Origin: Candidatus Saccharimonadota bacterium
GTDB taxonomy: Bacteria > Pseudomonadota > Gammaproteobacteria > Johnevansiales > Johnevansiaceae
DNA: 32,000 bases
Direction: 5' to 3' (one strand)
Assembly (NCBI RefSeq): GCF_902713755.1
Contig: NZ_LR744089.1
The notes beneath the pieces were generated by a model. That model saw only the letters and a program-made list of their open reading frames with translations. It was not told where the DNA came from and did no database searches. Both the position numbers and the translations under genes were made by a program. Positions 11,026 through 20,798 of the stretch are shown here, one piece after another. Positions within the stretch are counted from its first letter, which is position 1, and each line of letters begins with the position of its first letter.

Positions 11026-11511
11026 TTATAAATTTTTACTCAACACACGGGTAATCCCTGAAACTCCTGTACGAACTACTTCTGAAATACCTTCTATTGC
11101 ATTAATAAATGCATCTAATTTATCTTCATCTCCAGTTATTTGTAATATATAATCTGTTGTCGTTACATCTACTATATTAGCTCTAAAAATATCTGTGATT
11201 CTTTTTATTTCTGCTCTCCTATCATCTGTATATGCTTTTACTTTTACTAACATTAATTCTCTAGCAATATGAGATACTTCTGTTAAATCTAATATTTTCA
11301 CTACATCTACTAATTTCTTCAACTGTTTTATAATTTGCTCAATTACACATGCATCTCCATTAGTTGTTAATGTCAATCTAGATAATGTTATATCTTCTGT
11401 ATGGGCTACATTAAGAGTTTCAATATTAAAATTGCGTTGTGAAAATACTCCAACTATTTTAGATAATGCCCCTGGTTCATTTTCCAATAATATTGATATA
11501 ATATGCCGCAT
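11026..11511 (-). CDS. ilvH: Acetolactate synthase small (regulatory) subunit
   Basis: About 161 aa with an ACT domain, ILLENEPGALSKIVGVFSQRNFNIETL. It lies directly downstream of the large subunit. The start is taken at ATG 11511; the ORF-track TTG at 11514 is one codon upstream. Confidence 0.92.
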   Translation of the reverse strand: MRHIISILLENEPGALSKIVGVFSQRNFNIETLNVAHTEDITLSRLTLTTNGDACVIEQIIKQLKKLVDVVKILDLTEVSHIARELMLVKVKAYTDDRRAEIKRITDIFRANIVDVTTTDYILQITGDEDKLDAFINAIEGISEVVRTGVSGITRVLSKNL

Positions 11512-11517
11512 CAATTA

Positions 11518-13278
11518 TTACTCCGCTTTTGAAAGTAACATATCATTAATAGCTCCTAATGGTTTTTGCATAGGATATACATGTTCATGTGGATCAATAT
11601 AAATATTTATAAATACTAGCTCATTTTTATTTAAAAATACTTTTTCTAAAGCTGTTTCTAAGTCTTCTATTAATTTTACCGTTATAGCTTTAAATCCATA
11701 TGCTTCAAATAATCTATGAAATTCAGGTAAAGATTCTACATAAGAATTAGCATGACGCGCTTTATAATTTATATCTTGCCATTGCCTAACCATACCTAAA
11801 GAACCATTATTTAAATGTATAATTTTCAAGGAAATATCAAATTGTTTACATGTTGATAATTCTTGCATCATCATTTGAAAACTTCCTTCTCCAGTAACTA
11901 ATACCACTTGTGAATCGAAAAAACTTAATTTTACACCCATAGCTGCTGGTAAACCAAACCCCATTGTTCCTAAGCCTCCCGATGTTATCAATCTATTAGG
12001 TTTATTAAATTTATAATATTGCGCTGTAAACATTTGATGTTGACCGACATCAGTTGTTATATAAGCATCTCCTTTTGTTATTTTATATACAGCTTCAATT
12101 ACTTGTTGAGGTTTAATTAAATCTCTACTATAAGATGGTTTATATAATTTACCATCTCTATTTGCTATCCATTTATTTATACATTTCCACCACTTTTCTA
12201 ATTTTTTTTTTCTATTTTCAATATTTATTTCATTCTTATAACTCTTCTTAATTTTTTTCAACATTTCTGTTACTACCTTACTAGCAGACCCTACAATAGG
12301 TATATCTGCCAATATAGTTTTCGAAATCGAACATGGATCAATATCTATATGAATTACTTTAGCCTTAGGGCAAAATTTTTCTGTATTATTTGTTACCCTA
12401 TCATCAAATCTAGCGCCAATACAAAAAATAAGATCTGAACTATGCATAGCATTGTTAGCTTCAAAAGAACCATGCATTCCTGGCCAACCTATACATTGAA
12501 AATCACTTTGCGGGTATGCCCCAATACCCATTAATGATGTAACAACAGGTATACAAACTATTTTAGCAAATTTTTTTATTGTTTTACTAGCTTTACCTGT
12601 TATTGCTCCACCACCCACAAATAACACTGGCCTTTTTGCTTTAAATAATAATTTTAATGCTTTTTTTATATTTTCTTTACTCTTACAATTTTCTTTATTA
12701 TATGATCTTATTTTTATATTTTTTGGATAAATATATTCATAAACTTCATTAGGTGAGGTCATATCTTTGGGTATATCTACTAATACTGGCCCTAATCTAC
12801 CTGTGCTAGCTATATAAAATGCTTTTTTTAATACTATAGGAATATCTGCCGTATCCCGAATAGTAAAACTATGTTTTACTATTGGCATAGTTACACCAAC
12901 TATATCTGTTTCTTGAAATGCATCTTCTCCTATTAATTTACTTACAACTTGACCACAAAGTATTACCATAGGTATCGAATCCATATACGCTGTTGCTATA
13001 CCAGTAACTGCATTAGTAGCACCAGGTCCTGATGTTACTAATACTACACCTGGTTTTCCACTAGCTCTTGCATATCCATCCGCCATATGAGTAGCTGCTT
13101 GTTCGTGACGAACTAAAATATGTTTAACATCCTTTTGACGAAATAACGCATCATAAATATGAAGAGCTGCCCCACCCGGATAACCATATACATATTTTAC
13201 GCCTTCATCTTTCAGAAAGCGTATAATCATATCAGCTCCTGATAACAATTCCACTTTTAAGCTCCTTTTCCTGTACAT
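11518..13278 (-). CDS. ilvI: Acetolactate synthase large (catalytic) subunit
   Basis: 586 aa, a ThDP enzyme with the motif GGLGTMGFGLPAAMG. Gene order is ilvI-ilvH-ilvC. Confidence 0.92.
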   Translation of the reverse strand: MYRKRSLKVELLSGADMIIRFLKDEGVKYVYGYPGGAALHIYDALFRQKDVKHILVRHEQAATHMADGYARASGKPGVVLVTSGPGATNAVTGIATAYMDSIPMVILCGQVVSKLIGEDAFQETDIVGVTMPIVKHSFTIRDTADIPIVLKKAFYIASTGRLGPVLVDIPKDMTSPNEVYEYIYPKNIKIRSYNKENCKSKENIKKALKLLFKAKRPVLFVGGGAITGKASKTIKKFAKIVCIPVVTSLMGIGAYPQSDFQCIGWPGMHGSFEANNAMHSSDLIFCIGARFDDRVTNNTEKFCPKAKVIHIDIDPCSISKTILADIPIVGSASKVVTEMLKKIKKSYKNEINIENRKKKLEKWWKCINKWIANRDGKLYKPSYSRDLIKPQQVIEAVYKITKGDAYITTDVGQHQMFTAQYYKFNKPNRLITSGGLGTMGFGLPAAMGVKLSFFDSQVVLVTGEGSFQMMMQELSTCKQFDISLKIIHLNNGSLGMVRQWQDINYKARHANSYVESLPEFHRLFEAYGFKAITVKLIEDLETALEKVFLNKNELVFINIYIDPHEHVYPMQKPLGAINDMLLSKAE

Positions 13279-13375
13279 ATGACTTTCTTTTTTTAGTTTA
13301 TAACATAGTTCTATTAATTACAATTTTTTTATGATACTATACTTTTTATTTACTTTAATTTTTTTCGGATAAATA

Positions 13376-13999
13376 ATGTTATTAGAATATATACATTCAG
13401 TTATAATTGGTTTTATAACTTTATTACCTGTAGCTAATCCGTTTACAAGTACTACTTTATTACTAACCTTGGGTAATAAATTCAACCCTGTTGAACGTAA
13501 AAAACAAATATATTTTGCTACTTTTTATGTAGCTATTATTATGCTTATTTGTTTTTATGCAGGTAATGAAATAATAAATGCTTTTGGTGTTTCTATTAAT
13601 GCGCTACGTATTACTGGAGGTATAATTTTAGCTTATATTGGATTTAACATGTTATTTAATTTAAATCATAATGAACAACCTATAAATATAAAAGAAAAAC
13701 CAAATATATCTTTTGTTCCACTTGCTTTACCTGGTACCGCTGGACCTGGTACTATCGCTTTAATTATAAGTTCATCATCAAAATTACCTTCAACAATAAT
13801 GATACATTGTGTTATATTTACTGTTACTGCTTTAATTTCATTTGTTTTTTTAATTAGTTTATTAAGTGCTAATAAATTGTTTAAATTACTTGGTAATTCG
13901 GGTATTGATGCTATTTCTCGTATTATGGGTTTTTTATTAATTTCTATGGGAGTACAATTTCTAATTACAGGTTTACAACTTTTACTGAACTTTTACTGA
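13376..13999 (+). CDS. marC: MarC-family (UPF0056) integral membrane protein
   Basis: 207 aa, colinear with MarC: LLPVANPFT, RITGGIILAYIGFNMLF, FVPLALPGTAGPGTIALIISS and SRIMGFLLISMGVQFLI. Confidence 0.88.
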   Translation: MLLEYIHSVIIGFITLLPVANPFTSTTLLLTLGNKFNPVERKKQIYFATFYVAIIMLICFYAGNEIINAFGVSINALRITGGIILAYIGFNMLFNLNHNEQPINIKEKPNISFVPLALPGTAGPGTIALIISSSSKLPSTIMIHCVIFTVTALISFVFLISLLSANKLFKLLGNSGIDAISRIMGFLLISMGVQFLITGLQLLLNFY

Positions 14000-14027
14000 A
14001 CTTTTACTGAACTTTTACTGAACTTTT
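13978..14027. repeat. Tandem repeat, 11-bp unit ACTTTTACTGA, about 4.5 copies
   Basis: Read directly. Units lie at 13978, 13989, 14000 and 14011, with a partial unit at 14022. The marC stop codon (13997-13999) is the TGA of the second unit. Confidence 0.97.
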
Positions 14028-14041
14028 TGTATCTATTTTGC

Positions 14042-14959
14042 TTAAACCATTTTATGTTTTTTACTCATTGTATATATGTTATTATTACGCAATAATAATA
14101 ATAATATTTTCATATCTTTTGGCATTTTTACTTGAATTTTAATTTTTTTTGAAGGATGTTTAAAAATTAAACAATGAGCATGTAAAGCTTGCCTTTTAAA
14201 ATTAGGTAATATTTTTTTTTTTAAATATATTGAATCACCTATTACTGATCTATTTATATATTCCATATGTACTCTTATTTGATGAGTACGCCCTGTTTCT
14301 AACCAACAACGTATATAAGTATGTGACTTAAATCTTTCAATTACTCTATAATGTGTTATTGCTAATTTCCCATCACTTCTTACTATTTTCCGTTTTCTAT
14401 TTTTAAAATGACGACCTATTTGTGCTTTTATACATCCCCCTGAAAATAATTTCCCTATTAATAATGCATCATATTCTCTAATTATGCTTTTATCTTTAAT
14501 TTGTTTAATTAATTTTTTATATGTTACTAAGGTTTTAGCTATTAGTAATAAGCCACTAGTCTCTTTATCTATACGATGTACCAACCCTGCTCTTGGCAAT
14601 TTAATTAATTCGGTATGATACATTATTAATAACGCATTAACTAAACTTCCTTTTATATTACCTTTGGAAGGGTGTACAACTAAACCATGGTTTTTATTTA
14701 TAATCATTAAATCTTTATCTTCATAAATTATGTATATTTTAATATCTTCTGGTTTCAATACTTTTTCATAATCCTTACATCCCTTAGATAATAGTACAAT
14801 ACATTGGCATAAATTAATTTTAGTCTTTGGCTTAGCCGGATAACCATCTAATAGTAATTTTCTATTATTAATAAAATTTTTTATTTTTTCTCTAGTAATA
14901 TTAAATAATTCTCTTGATGCTTTATCTAATCTCATTATCATATTAAAATTATAAAACAA
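14042..14959 (-). CDS. rluD: 23S rRNA pseudouridine synthase, RluD-like (RluA family)
   Basis: 305 aa with an N-terminal S4-like domain, the catalytic motif VHRIDKETSGLLLIAKT and LETGRTHQIRVHM. The true start may be an internal Met (MIMRLDK / MRLDK). Confidence 0.8.
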   Translation of the reverse strand: MFYNFNMIMRLDKASRELFNITREKIKNFINNRKLLLDGYPAKPKTKINLCQCIVLLSKGCKDYEKVLKPEDIKIYIIYEDKDLMIINKNHGLVVHPSKGNIKGSLVNALLIMYHTELIKLPRAGLVHRIDKETSGLLLIAKTLVTYKKLIKQIKDKSIIREYDALLIGKLFSGGCIKAQIGRHFKNRKRKIVRSDGKLAITHYRVIERFKSHTYIRCWLETGRTHQIRVHMEYINRSVIGDSIYLKKKILPNFKRQALHAHCLIFKHPSKKIKIQVKMPKDMKILLLLLRNNNIYTMSKKHKMV

Positions 14960-15048
14960 CCTATCATTATCGAAATATCAGCTATATTTAATACTAAATA
15001 ATATTTATCTAACCAATGAAATGACAAAAAATCAATAATATAACCATG

Positions 15049-15068
15049 ACCCAATTTATCTATTATGT
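15049..15068. repeat. 20-bp exact direct repeat, copy 1 (ACCCAATTTATCTATTATGT), native NIIDKLG codons of lspA
   Basis: Identical to 15121-15140, which is 72 bp away. Confidence 0.95.
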
Positions 15069-15120
15069 TACTTACAGTACCACCAATAATTAATTCTAAA
15101 CCTAATTTAATATTAATATA

Positions 15121-15140
15121 ACCCAATTTATCTATTATGT
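15121..15140. repeat. 20-bp exact direct repeat, copy 2, at the lspA deletion/frameshift junction
   Basis: Identical to 15049-15068. It contains the premature TAA of the N-terminal fragment in one frame and reads IIDKLG in the other. Confidence 0.95.
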
Positions 15141-15258
15141 AACAAAGTTAAAGTTAAAGTTTTATTAATTAATATAATTTTTCCATCATTTAACCAATTA
15201 TTAACAACTAATTTAGTACTAAAATCCAAACTTATTATTATAAAAATTAACCTAATAT

Positions 15259-18093
15259 TCATACATATAAACGTACCTCACCTGGTCCTCCTGGTAAATT
15301 AGCAATTGATCTAGCACATAGATACTCGTTATCTTTACCTACATCTGGTAATCTTTCCCAACTACGTTCACATTTTTTGTACTTACTTTTTTCTACTAAT
15401 ACTTGTAAACCTGTCAAATCTGTTACTATTGCACTTTTCTTATTCTTAATATCTTTTTTTAAATAAGCTGATGATGTAATTAAAACAAAACGCAATTCTC
15501 CTCTCAACATTGATAATAATTTATAATAAGTATCGTTTACATATAAAGTAACATTAGCATCTAAAGAACTTTTAATTAATTTTTTATTACGATAAACTTC
15601 TAAACATTTATTTACTTCATTTTTTACTGTTATAATTATTTCCCAAAATTCACGTCCCATACCAGCATCATCTTTAGGTAATGTAATTAATTTTCTATAA
15701 TAAGTTTCTAACAAAATACTTGATTTATAACGTTTTACAGGTAATTTTTCATAAATTTCTTCAGCTGTAAATGAACATATTGGTGTAATCCAACGAGACA
15801 TAGCTTCTACTATATGATATAATGCTGTTTGACAACTTCTACGATATAAAGAATTCTTTTGAGTAGTATATTGGCGATCTTTAATTATATCTAAATAAAA
15901 ACTTCCCATATCTCTTGTACAAAAAAGATAAATTTGTTGATATATTTCAATAAAACGATAATTTTTATAAGCTTTTTTTATCCTTTTTTGTAATATTGCC
16001 GCTCTATCTAAAGCCCATCTATCTAAAGCCAACATTTTTTCTGGAACTATAATATTCTTATATGGATCAAACCCTCTTAAATTAGCCATCATAAACCTTG
16101 TGGTATTACGTATCCTTCTATATGAATCAGAAATACGTTTTATAATTTCTTCTGACATAGTCATTTCTGATTCATAATCATTTGAAACTACCCATAACCG
16201 TAAAATATCAGCACCATATTTTTTTATTATTTTTTGTGGAGAAATTACATTACCTATTGATTTTGACATTTTACGCCCTTTATAATCTACAGTAAAACCA
16301 TGACTTAATAATTCTTTATACGGTGCATACCCATCAATAGCTGCTCCAGTAATCAATGATGTATGAAACCACCCTCTATATTGATCTAATCCTTCTAAAT
16401 ACAAATCAGCATTATCTTCTTTTTTTAATATAAAATTAGACCATCGCAATACATGATAATGCGTAGTTCCTGATTCAAACCAAACATCTAAAATATCATT
16501 TACTTTCTTATATTCTATAGCTTCATATCCAAGAATTTCACAACTTTTTATTTTAATCCATGCTTCAACACCTTCTTTTTCTACTTTTTTTGCAATTATT
16601 TCCATAATCTCTATTGTATTTTTATGTAATAAACCTGTTTTTCTATGTACAAAAAATGGTATCGGCACTCCCCAACTTCTTTGCCTAGAAATACACCAAT
16701 CTGGTCTATTACTAATCATGTTATATAAACGTTTTTTTCCATTATTAGGATAAACTTTTACTTTTTTTATATTTTCTAAAGCTTTTTTACGTAATGATTT
16801 TTTACCCACATCCATTCCAATAAACCATTGTTCAGTAGCCCTTTTAATTAACGGTTTTTTATGACGCCAACAATGCATATAACTATGTACTATTTTTTCT
16901 TTAGCTAGAATACTATTATTCAATTTTTCTATAATTTCTGAATTAGCTTTCCATATTAACCTTTCTCCAAATACAGGTAAAGATTTAATGTAAAATCCAT
17001 TACCTTTAACTAACTTTAACATATTTTCATTATATTTAAGCTTACTATAAGCAATAAAATCTTCTTCTCCATATGCAGGAGCAGAATGTATTATTCCTGT
17101 TCCTGTTTTTATATCTATATAATTTCCGATATATATAGTAGTTATTCTATCGTAAAATGAATCTATCTTATGTAAAGGATGCTTAAACCTAATTTTTTCT
17201 AAATCTTTTCCATAAGTTTTAGCAATTATTTTTCCTTTTAATTTATATCTACTTAAACATTTCTCCACTAATTTTTCTGCTAAAATTATAAATCTATCAC
17301 ATACATCTACAAAAGCATAAATACAATCAGCTCGCACATGTAATGCTTGATTAGCTGGAATAGTCCAAGGTGTGGTTGTCCAAATTACTACTTCTATTGG
17401 TTTTTCTATATATTTATTAATACCAAATATTTTTAATAACTTATAATTATCAATACTTAAAAAAGCCACATCTATTGCTTCTGATTTTTTTTCTAAATAA
17501 TCTACTTCTGATTCTGCTAAAGCTGATTCACAATCAAAACACCAATTTACTGGTTTTAATCCTCTAAAAACGTAACCTTTTTTTACCATTACAGATAAAG
17601 ATCTTATTATCCCAGCTTGATTAATAAATTCCATTGTGCGATATGCATTATCCCAATCACCTAATATACCTAACCTAATAAAATCTAATTTTTGACTATA
17701 AATTTGTCTCTCTGCGTATTTCCGACAATACTTAATAATTTTTTTTGATGTTAATTTTTTACCTTTATTATTTTTTTCTATTTTCTGTTCGATAGGTAAA
17801 CCATGACAATCCCATCCTGGTACATAGCATGAATCATAACCTTCTAAATTTTTAGATTTTATAATTATATCTTTCAGTATTTTATTTACTGCATGACCAA
17901 TATGAATTCTACCATTAGCATAAGGTGGACCATCGTGTAATATAAATTTTTTACAACCTTTACGATTTTTCCTTAATTTTTTGTAAATTTCCATTTTTAT
18001 CCATTTTTTCAACCGAATAGGTTCTTTTATAGATAACTTCCCTCTCATTGGAAATTTTGTATTTGGTAAATTCAATGTATTTTTTTTTTCCAT
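15259..18093 (-). CDS. ileS: Isoleucine--tRNA ligase
   Basis: 944 aa with N-terminus TLNLPNTKFPMRG, HIGH (PYANGRIHIGHAVN), KMSKS (GRKMSKSIGN), a CP1 editing insertion and a C-terminal Zn-type region. Confidence 0.97.
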   Translation of the reverse strand: MEKKNTLNLPNTKFPMRGKLSIKEPIRLKKWIKMEIYKKLRKNRKGCKKFILHDGPPYANGRIHIGHAVNKILKDIIIKSKNLEGYDSCYVPGWDCHGLPIEQKIEKNNKGKKLTSKKIIKYCRKYAERQIYSQKLDFIRLGILGDWDNAYRTMEFINQAGIIRSLSVMVKKGYVFRGLKPVNWCFDCESALAESEVDYLEKKSEAIDVAFLSIDNYKLLKIFGINKYIEKPIEVVIWTTTPWTIPANQALHVRADCIYAFVDVCDRFIILAEKLVEKCLSRYKLKGKIIAKTYGKDLEKIRFKHPLHKIDSFYDRITTIYIGNYIDIKTGTGIIHSAPAYGEEDFIAYSKLKYNENMLKLVKGNGFYIKSLPVFGERLIWKANSEIIEKLNNSILAKEKIVHSYMHCWRHKKPLIKRATEQWFIGMDVGKKSLRKKALENIKKVKVYPNNGKKRLYNMISNRPDWCISRQRSWGVPIPFFVHRKTGLLHKNTIEIMEIIAKKVEKEGVEAWIKIKSCEILGYEAIEYKKVNDILDVWFESGTTHYHVLRWSNFILKKEDNADLYLEGLDQYRGWFHTSLITGAAIDGYAPYKELLSHGFTVDYKGRKMSKSIGNVISPQKIIKKYGADILRLWVVSNDYESEMTMSEEIIKRISDSYRRIRNTTRFMMANLRGFDPYKNIIVPEKMLALDRWALDRAAILQKRIKKAYKNYRFIEIYQQIYLFCTRDMGSFYLDIIKDRQYTTQKNSLYRRSCQTALYHIVEAMSRWITPICSFTAEEIYEKLPVKRYKSSILLETYYRKLITLPKDDAGMGREFWEIIITVKNEVNKCLEVYRNKKLIKSSLDANVTLYVNDTYYKLLSMLRGELRFVLITSSAYLKKDIKNKKSAIVTDLTGLQVLVEKSKYKKCERSWERLPDVGKDNEYLCARSIANLPGGPGEVRLYV

Positions 18094-18107
18094 AAATCAA
18101 AATCCCA

Positions 18108-18353
18108 CTAACCTTGAAATTCTCTTTTAATTTTTAAATTCAGCATACTTTTTATACGTGCTGATTTTCTCTTTGAGATAATGTTTTTATCAGCTATCCT
18201 ATCAATAACAGATTGTGCTTTATCAAATTCATCCATACACAACTTATAATTTTTTAATTTAATTGCTTTTAATACCCGCTTAATAAAAGTGCGTAACATT
18301 GAACGTTTACTTGAATTCTGTTTACGTCTTACTTCTGCTCTTTTTTTATCCAT
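18108..18353 (-). CDS. rpsT: 30S ribosomal protein S20
   Basis: 81 aa, ...KRSMLRTFIKRVLKAI...IDRIADKNIISKRKSARIKS..., colinear with S20. It overlaps the obgE 3' end by 8 nt. Confidence 0.9.
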   Translation of the reverse strand: MDKKRAEVRRKQNSSKRSMLRTFIKRVLKAIKLKNYKLCMDEFDKAQSVIDRIADKNIISKRKSARIKSMLNLKIKREFQG

Positions 18354-19341
18354 TCTTATTCTTTCCTCTTTTCAAATAAATAAATGCTGATTTCATTAAT
18401 TCATAACATCCATAATTTTTTTTAGCAGATATAAAAAACAAATTCTTCTTATCCCTCCAATATAACTCTTTACTAACAGTTTCTATTAATTGTTTTTTCT
18501 TATATTTAGGAATCCTATCTAACTTATTCAATACTAACCACCTCTGTATTTTAACCATATCAATATATATTTTTTTTATTTCACTAATCATACCTAATGT
18601 AACTTCTATAAAATTATTATCCATAACATCTATTAGATGAAATATAATTCTTATACGATTAAAATGTTTTATAAATTTTAATCCCAACCCTACACCTTGA
18701 TAAGCACCAATAATTAATCCTGGGACGTCTGCCATAATCAAACCTGATTTCTTATTTAACTTTACTAAACCTAAATAAGGTCTTAATGTAGTAAATGGAT
18801 AACTTGATACTTTTGGTAATGCTAAAGTAACAGATCTAATTAATGTTGATTTACCTGCATTAGGTAAACCTAATAATCCTACATCAGCTATCAATTTCAA
18901 TTCAATATATAATTTCCGATATTCTCCTACTGTACCTTTCCTAATTAATTTTTTTTTTAAATTACCAATTCCACTATTTCCACCTTTAGCAACTTTAATT
19001 TTTTGCCTATGATTTCTAATATCTCCTATTAATTCCCAAGTTTGAGCATCTCTTAATATTGTACCAATTGGTACCTTTATATAAATATCTTTACCTTTTA
19101 TTCCATTCTTTTTTTTAGATTTTCCATTTTTACCATGTTCTGCTTTATAAACTTTTTTATAATTAAAATAAATCAATGTATTTAAATATTTATCTCCTAT
19201 ACAAAAAATATTCCCTCCATTCCCTCCATTCCCTCCATCTGGACCACCTTTACCACCTTTGTCAACTCTACTAAAACTTAAACATCCGTTACCACCTTTA
19301 CCTGCTTCAATAACAATCCAAGCTTCATCTATAAATTGCAT
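18346..19341 (-). CDS. obgE: GTPase Obg/CgtA (short C-terminus)
   Basis: 331 aa starting [23 protein letters not shown], with the glycine-rich Obg fold ([13 protein letters not shown]) and the G1 motif GLPNAGKST. It is downstream of rplU-rpmA, as conserved. Confidence 0.93.
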   Translation of the reverse strand: MQFIDEAWIVIEAGKGGNGCLSFSRVDKGGKGGPDGGNGGNGGNIFCIGDKYLNTLIYFNYKKVYKAEHGKNGKSKKKNGIKGKDIYIKVPIGTILRDAQTWELIGDIRNHRQKIKVAKGGNSGIGNLKKKLIRKGTVGEYRKLYIELKLIADVGLLGLPNAGKSTLIRSVTLALPKVSSYPFTTLRPYLGLVKLNKKSGLIMADVPGLIIGAYQGVGLGLKFIKHFNRIRIIFHLIDVMDNNFIEVTLGMISEIKKIYIDMVKIQRWLVLNKLDRIPKYKKKQLIETVSKELYWRDKKNLFFISAKKNYGCYELMKSAFIYLKRGKNKNG

Positions 19342-19586
19342 ACTATTCTAACAACACTTTTACGTTTACCTTTTTTATCATATTTAATATACCCATTTCT
19401 TAATGCAAATAATGTATGATCTTTTCCTATACCTACACCATTCCCCGCATGAACTTTAGTACCACGTTGTCTTACAATTATGTTACCTGAATTAACATAT
19501 TGTCCGCCATATAACTTTATACCTAACCTTTTAGAATGTGAATCTCTTCCATTTCTTGAACTACCTGTTGCCTTTTTTTGAGCCAT
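19329..19586 (-). CDS. rpmA: 50S ribosomal protein L27
   Basis: 85 aa, [52 protein letters not shown]. Confidence 0.96.
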   Translation of the reverse strand: MAQKKATGSSRNGRDSHSKRLGIKLYGGQYVNSGNIIVRQRGTKVHAGNGVGIGKDHTLFALRNGYIKYDKKGKRKSVVRIVCNL

Positions 19587-19590
19587 TAAA

Positions 19591-19908
19591 TCAATTTCCT
19601 TTTATTTTAATAATCTTAATTTCAGTAAACCATTGTCTATGTCCTTGTTGTTTTATATGATGTTTCCGCCTTTTAAAATGTATTATTTTTATTTTTTTTT
19701 CTCTTTTATGTGCAATTATCTCTGCACTAACCTTAGCTTTATTAACAAATGGTTTTCCTATTTTTATTTTCTTATTTTTTTCATCAATCAAAAGTACTTT
19801 ATTTATTTCAAATAATTCTCCAATTTCTAATTTTACTTTTTCTATTTTTATTTTTTGTCCTTCCTTTACAATATATTGTTTACTACCATATTTTATAACT
19901 GCATACAT
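19591..19908 (-). CDS. rplU: 50S ribosomal protein L21
   Basis: 105 aa, [20 protein letters not shown]...[33 protein letters not shown]. Confidence 0.95.
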   Translation of the reverse strand: MYAVIKYGSKQYIVKEGQKIKIEKVKLEIGELFEINKVLLIDEKNKKIKIGKPFVNKAKVSAEIIAHKREKKIKIIHFKRRKHHIKQQGHRQWFTEIKIIKIKGN

Positions 19909-19926
19909 TCATTTTTTCTCCTTTAT

Positions 19927-20412
19927 TTAAAAAGGTAGTTCATCATCAAAATTCTCAAATACTTTACTATTACTACTATTACTACTATTACTACTATTAC
20001 TACTATTACTTAGTTTCCTATTACTTAGTTTCCTATTACTTAGTTTCCTATTACTTAGTTTCCTATTACTAAAAACCTTAAATTTTATAATGTGTATCTC
20101 GTTCGCCACTATTTCTGTAATATACCGTTGTTGCCCATTTTGTGCTTGCCATTTTCTTGTTTGTAAACGTCCCTCAATATAAACACGTGAACCTTTTTTT
20201 AAATATTGTTGTACTATAGATGCCAACTTATTAAATACTATAATTGTATGCCATTCTGTACGTTCTTTTTTCTGTCCACTCTGCTTATCTTTCCAAGTAT
20301 CTGTAGTTGCTATTCTAAAATTACATACTGGATTTCCTGAAGCAGAATAACGTAATTCAGGATCTTTACCTAAATTACCTAGTAATATTACTTTATTCAC
20401 ACCACGTACCAT
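19927..20412 (-). CDS. ssb: Single-stranded DNA-binding protein with a repeat-built linker
   Basis: 161 aa. The OB fold is [18 protein letters not shown]...[13 protein letters not shown]...[15 protein letters not shown], followed by a linker and the acidic tip DDELPF (canonical DDDIPF). Confidence 0.93.
   Translation of the reverse strand: MVRGVNKVILLGNLGKDPELRYSASGNPVCNFRIATTDTWKDKQSGQKKERTEWHTIIVFNKLASIVQQYLKKGSRVYIEGRLQTRKWQAQNGQQRYITEIVANEIHIIKFKVFSNRKLSNRKLSNRKLSNRKLSNSSNSSNSSNSSNSKVFENFDDELPF
19966..20070. repeat. Two abutting in-frame tandem arrays in ssb: 9-bp ACTATTACT x5 (19966-20010) and 15-bp TAGTTTCCTATTACT x4 (20011-20070)
   Basis: Read directly, and all copies are perfect. 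On the coding strand they encode (SNRKL)x4 followed by (SNS)x5. Confidence 0.97.
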
Positions 20413-20432
20413 CTTTTTTCTCCTTATTTATA

Positions 20433-20783
20433 TTAATTTAATAATACTACTGCTATAGTAGCATTATCTCCATGTCTAAAACCACATTTTAAAATTCTTA
20501 TATAACCTCCATTACGCATAACATACCGAGGACCTATTTCTTTAAATAATTTTCCTACAATTTCTTTAGATTTTATCTTATTAAATGCTAATCTACGATT
20601 AGATACTGTATCTTTTTTAGATAAGGTAATTAACGGTTCTATATAAAAACGTAATTCCTTTGCTTTTGATAATGTTGTTCTTATTTTTTCATATTTTATT
20701 AACGATAAACATAAATTTTTAAACATAGATTTACGATGTGATACACTCTTATTTAAATGACGACCCTTTTTACGATGCCGCAT
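20433..20783 (-). CDS. rplQ: 50S ribosomal protein L17
   Basis: 116 aa, [45 protein letters not shown]. Confidence 0.95.
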   Translation of the reverse strand: MRHRKKGRHLNKSVSHRKSMFKNLCLSLIKYEKIRTTLSKAKELRFYIEPLITLSKKDTVSNRRLAFNKIKSKEIVGKLFKEIGPRYVMRNGGYIRILKCGFRHGDNATIAVVLLN

Positions 20784-20798
20784 ATTTTTTTACCTTTA

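Larger units (their letters stand above)
14938..15262 (-). pseudogene. lspA: Signal peptidase II remnant: two fragments in different frames with an internal deletion of about 45 codons
   Basis: N-terminal fragment 15262..15128: MNIRLIFIIISLDFSTKLVVNNWLNDGKIILINKTLTLTLLHNR*. It carries the LspA D-x-x-(S/T)-K and ...TL..N motifs, and its ATG overlaps the ileS stop as ATGA. C-terminal fragment 15126..14938 lies in the +1 frame: ...LELIIGGTVSNIIDKLGHGYIIDF...LNIADISI.... It retains both catalytic-Asp motifs. The segment corresponding to GAAFSF through TM2 is absent. The position downstream of ileS is conserved. Confidence 0.65.

Noticed and set aside
13279-13375. Divergent ilvI / marC spacer inspected for promoters or an ilv leader peptide/attenuator
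   Set aside because: It contains only weak hexamer matches with wrong spacing (for example TTACAA-14 nt-TATACT). There is no Ile/Leu/Val-rich mini-ORF and no terminator hairpin. Nothing there is supportable in such AT-rich sequence.
19210-19236. Perfect 9-bp x3 repeat ATTCCCTCC in obgE encoding GGNGGNGGN
   Set aside because: It is not an insertion. The Obg fold ancestrally carries this periodic glycine motif (E. coli GGPDGGDGGDGGD). Only the perfect DNA-level identity is notable, and that is mentioned under the window-wide pattern.
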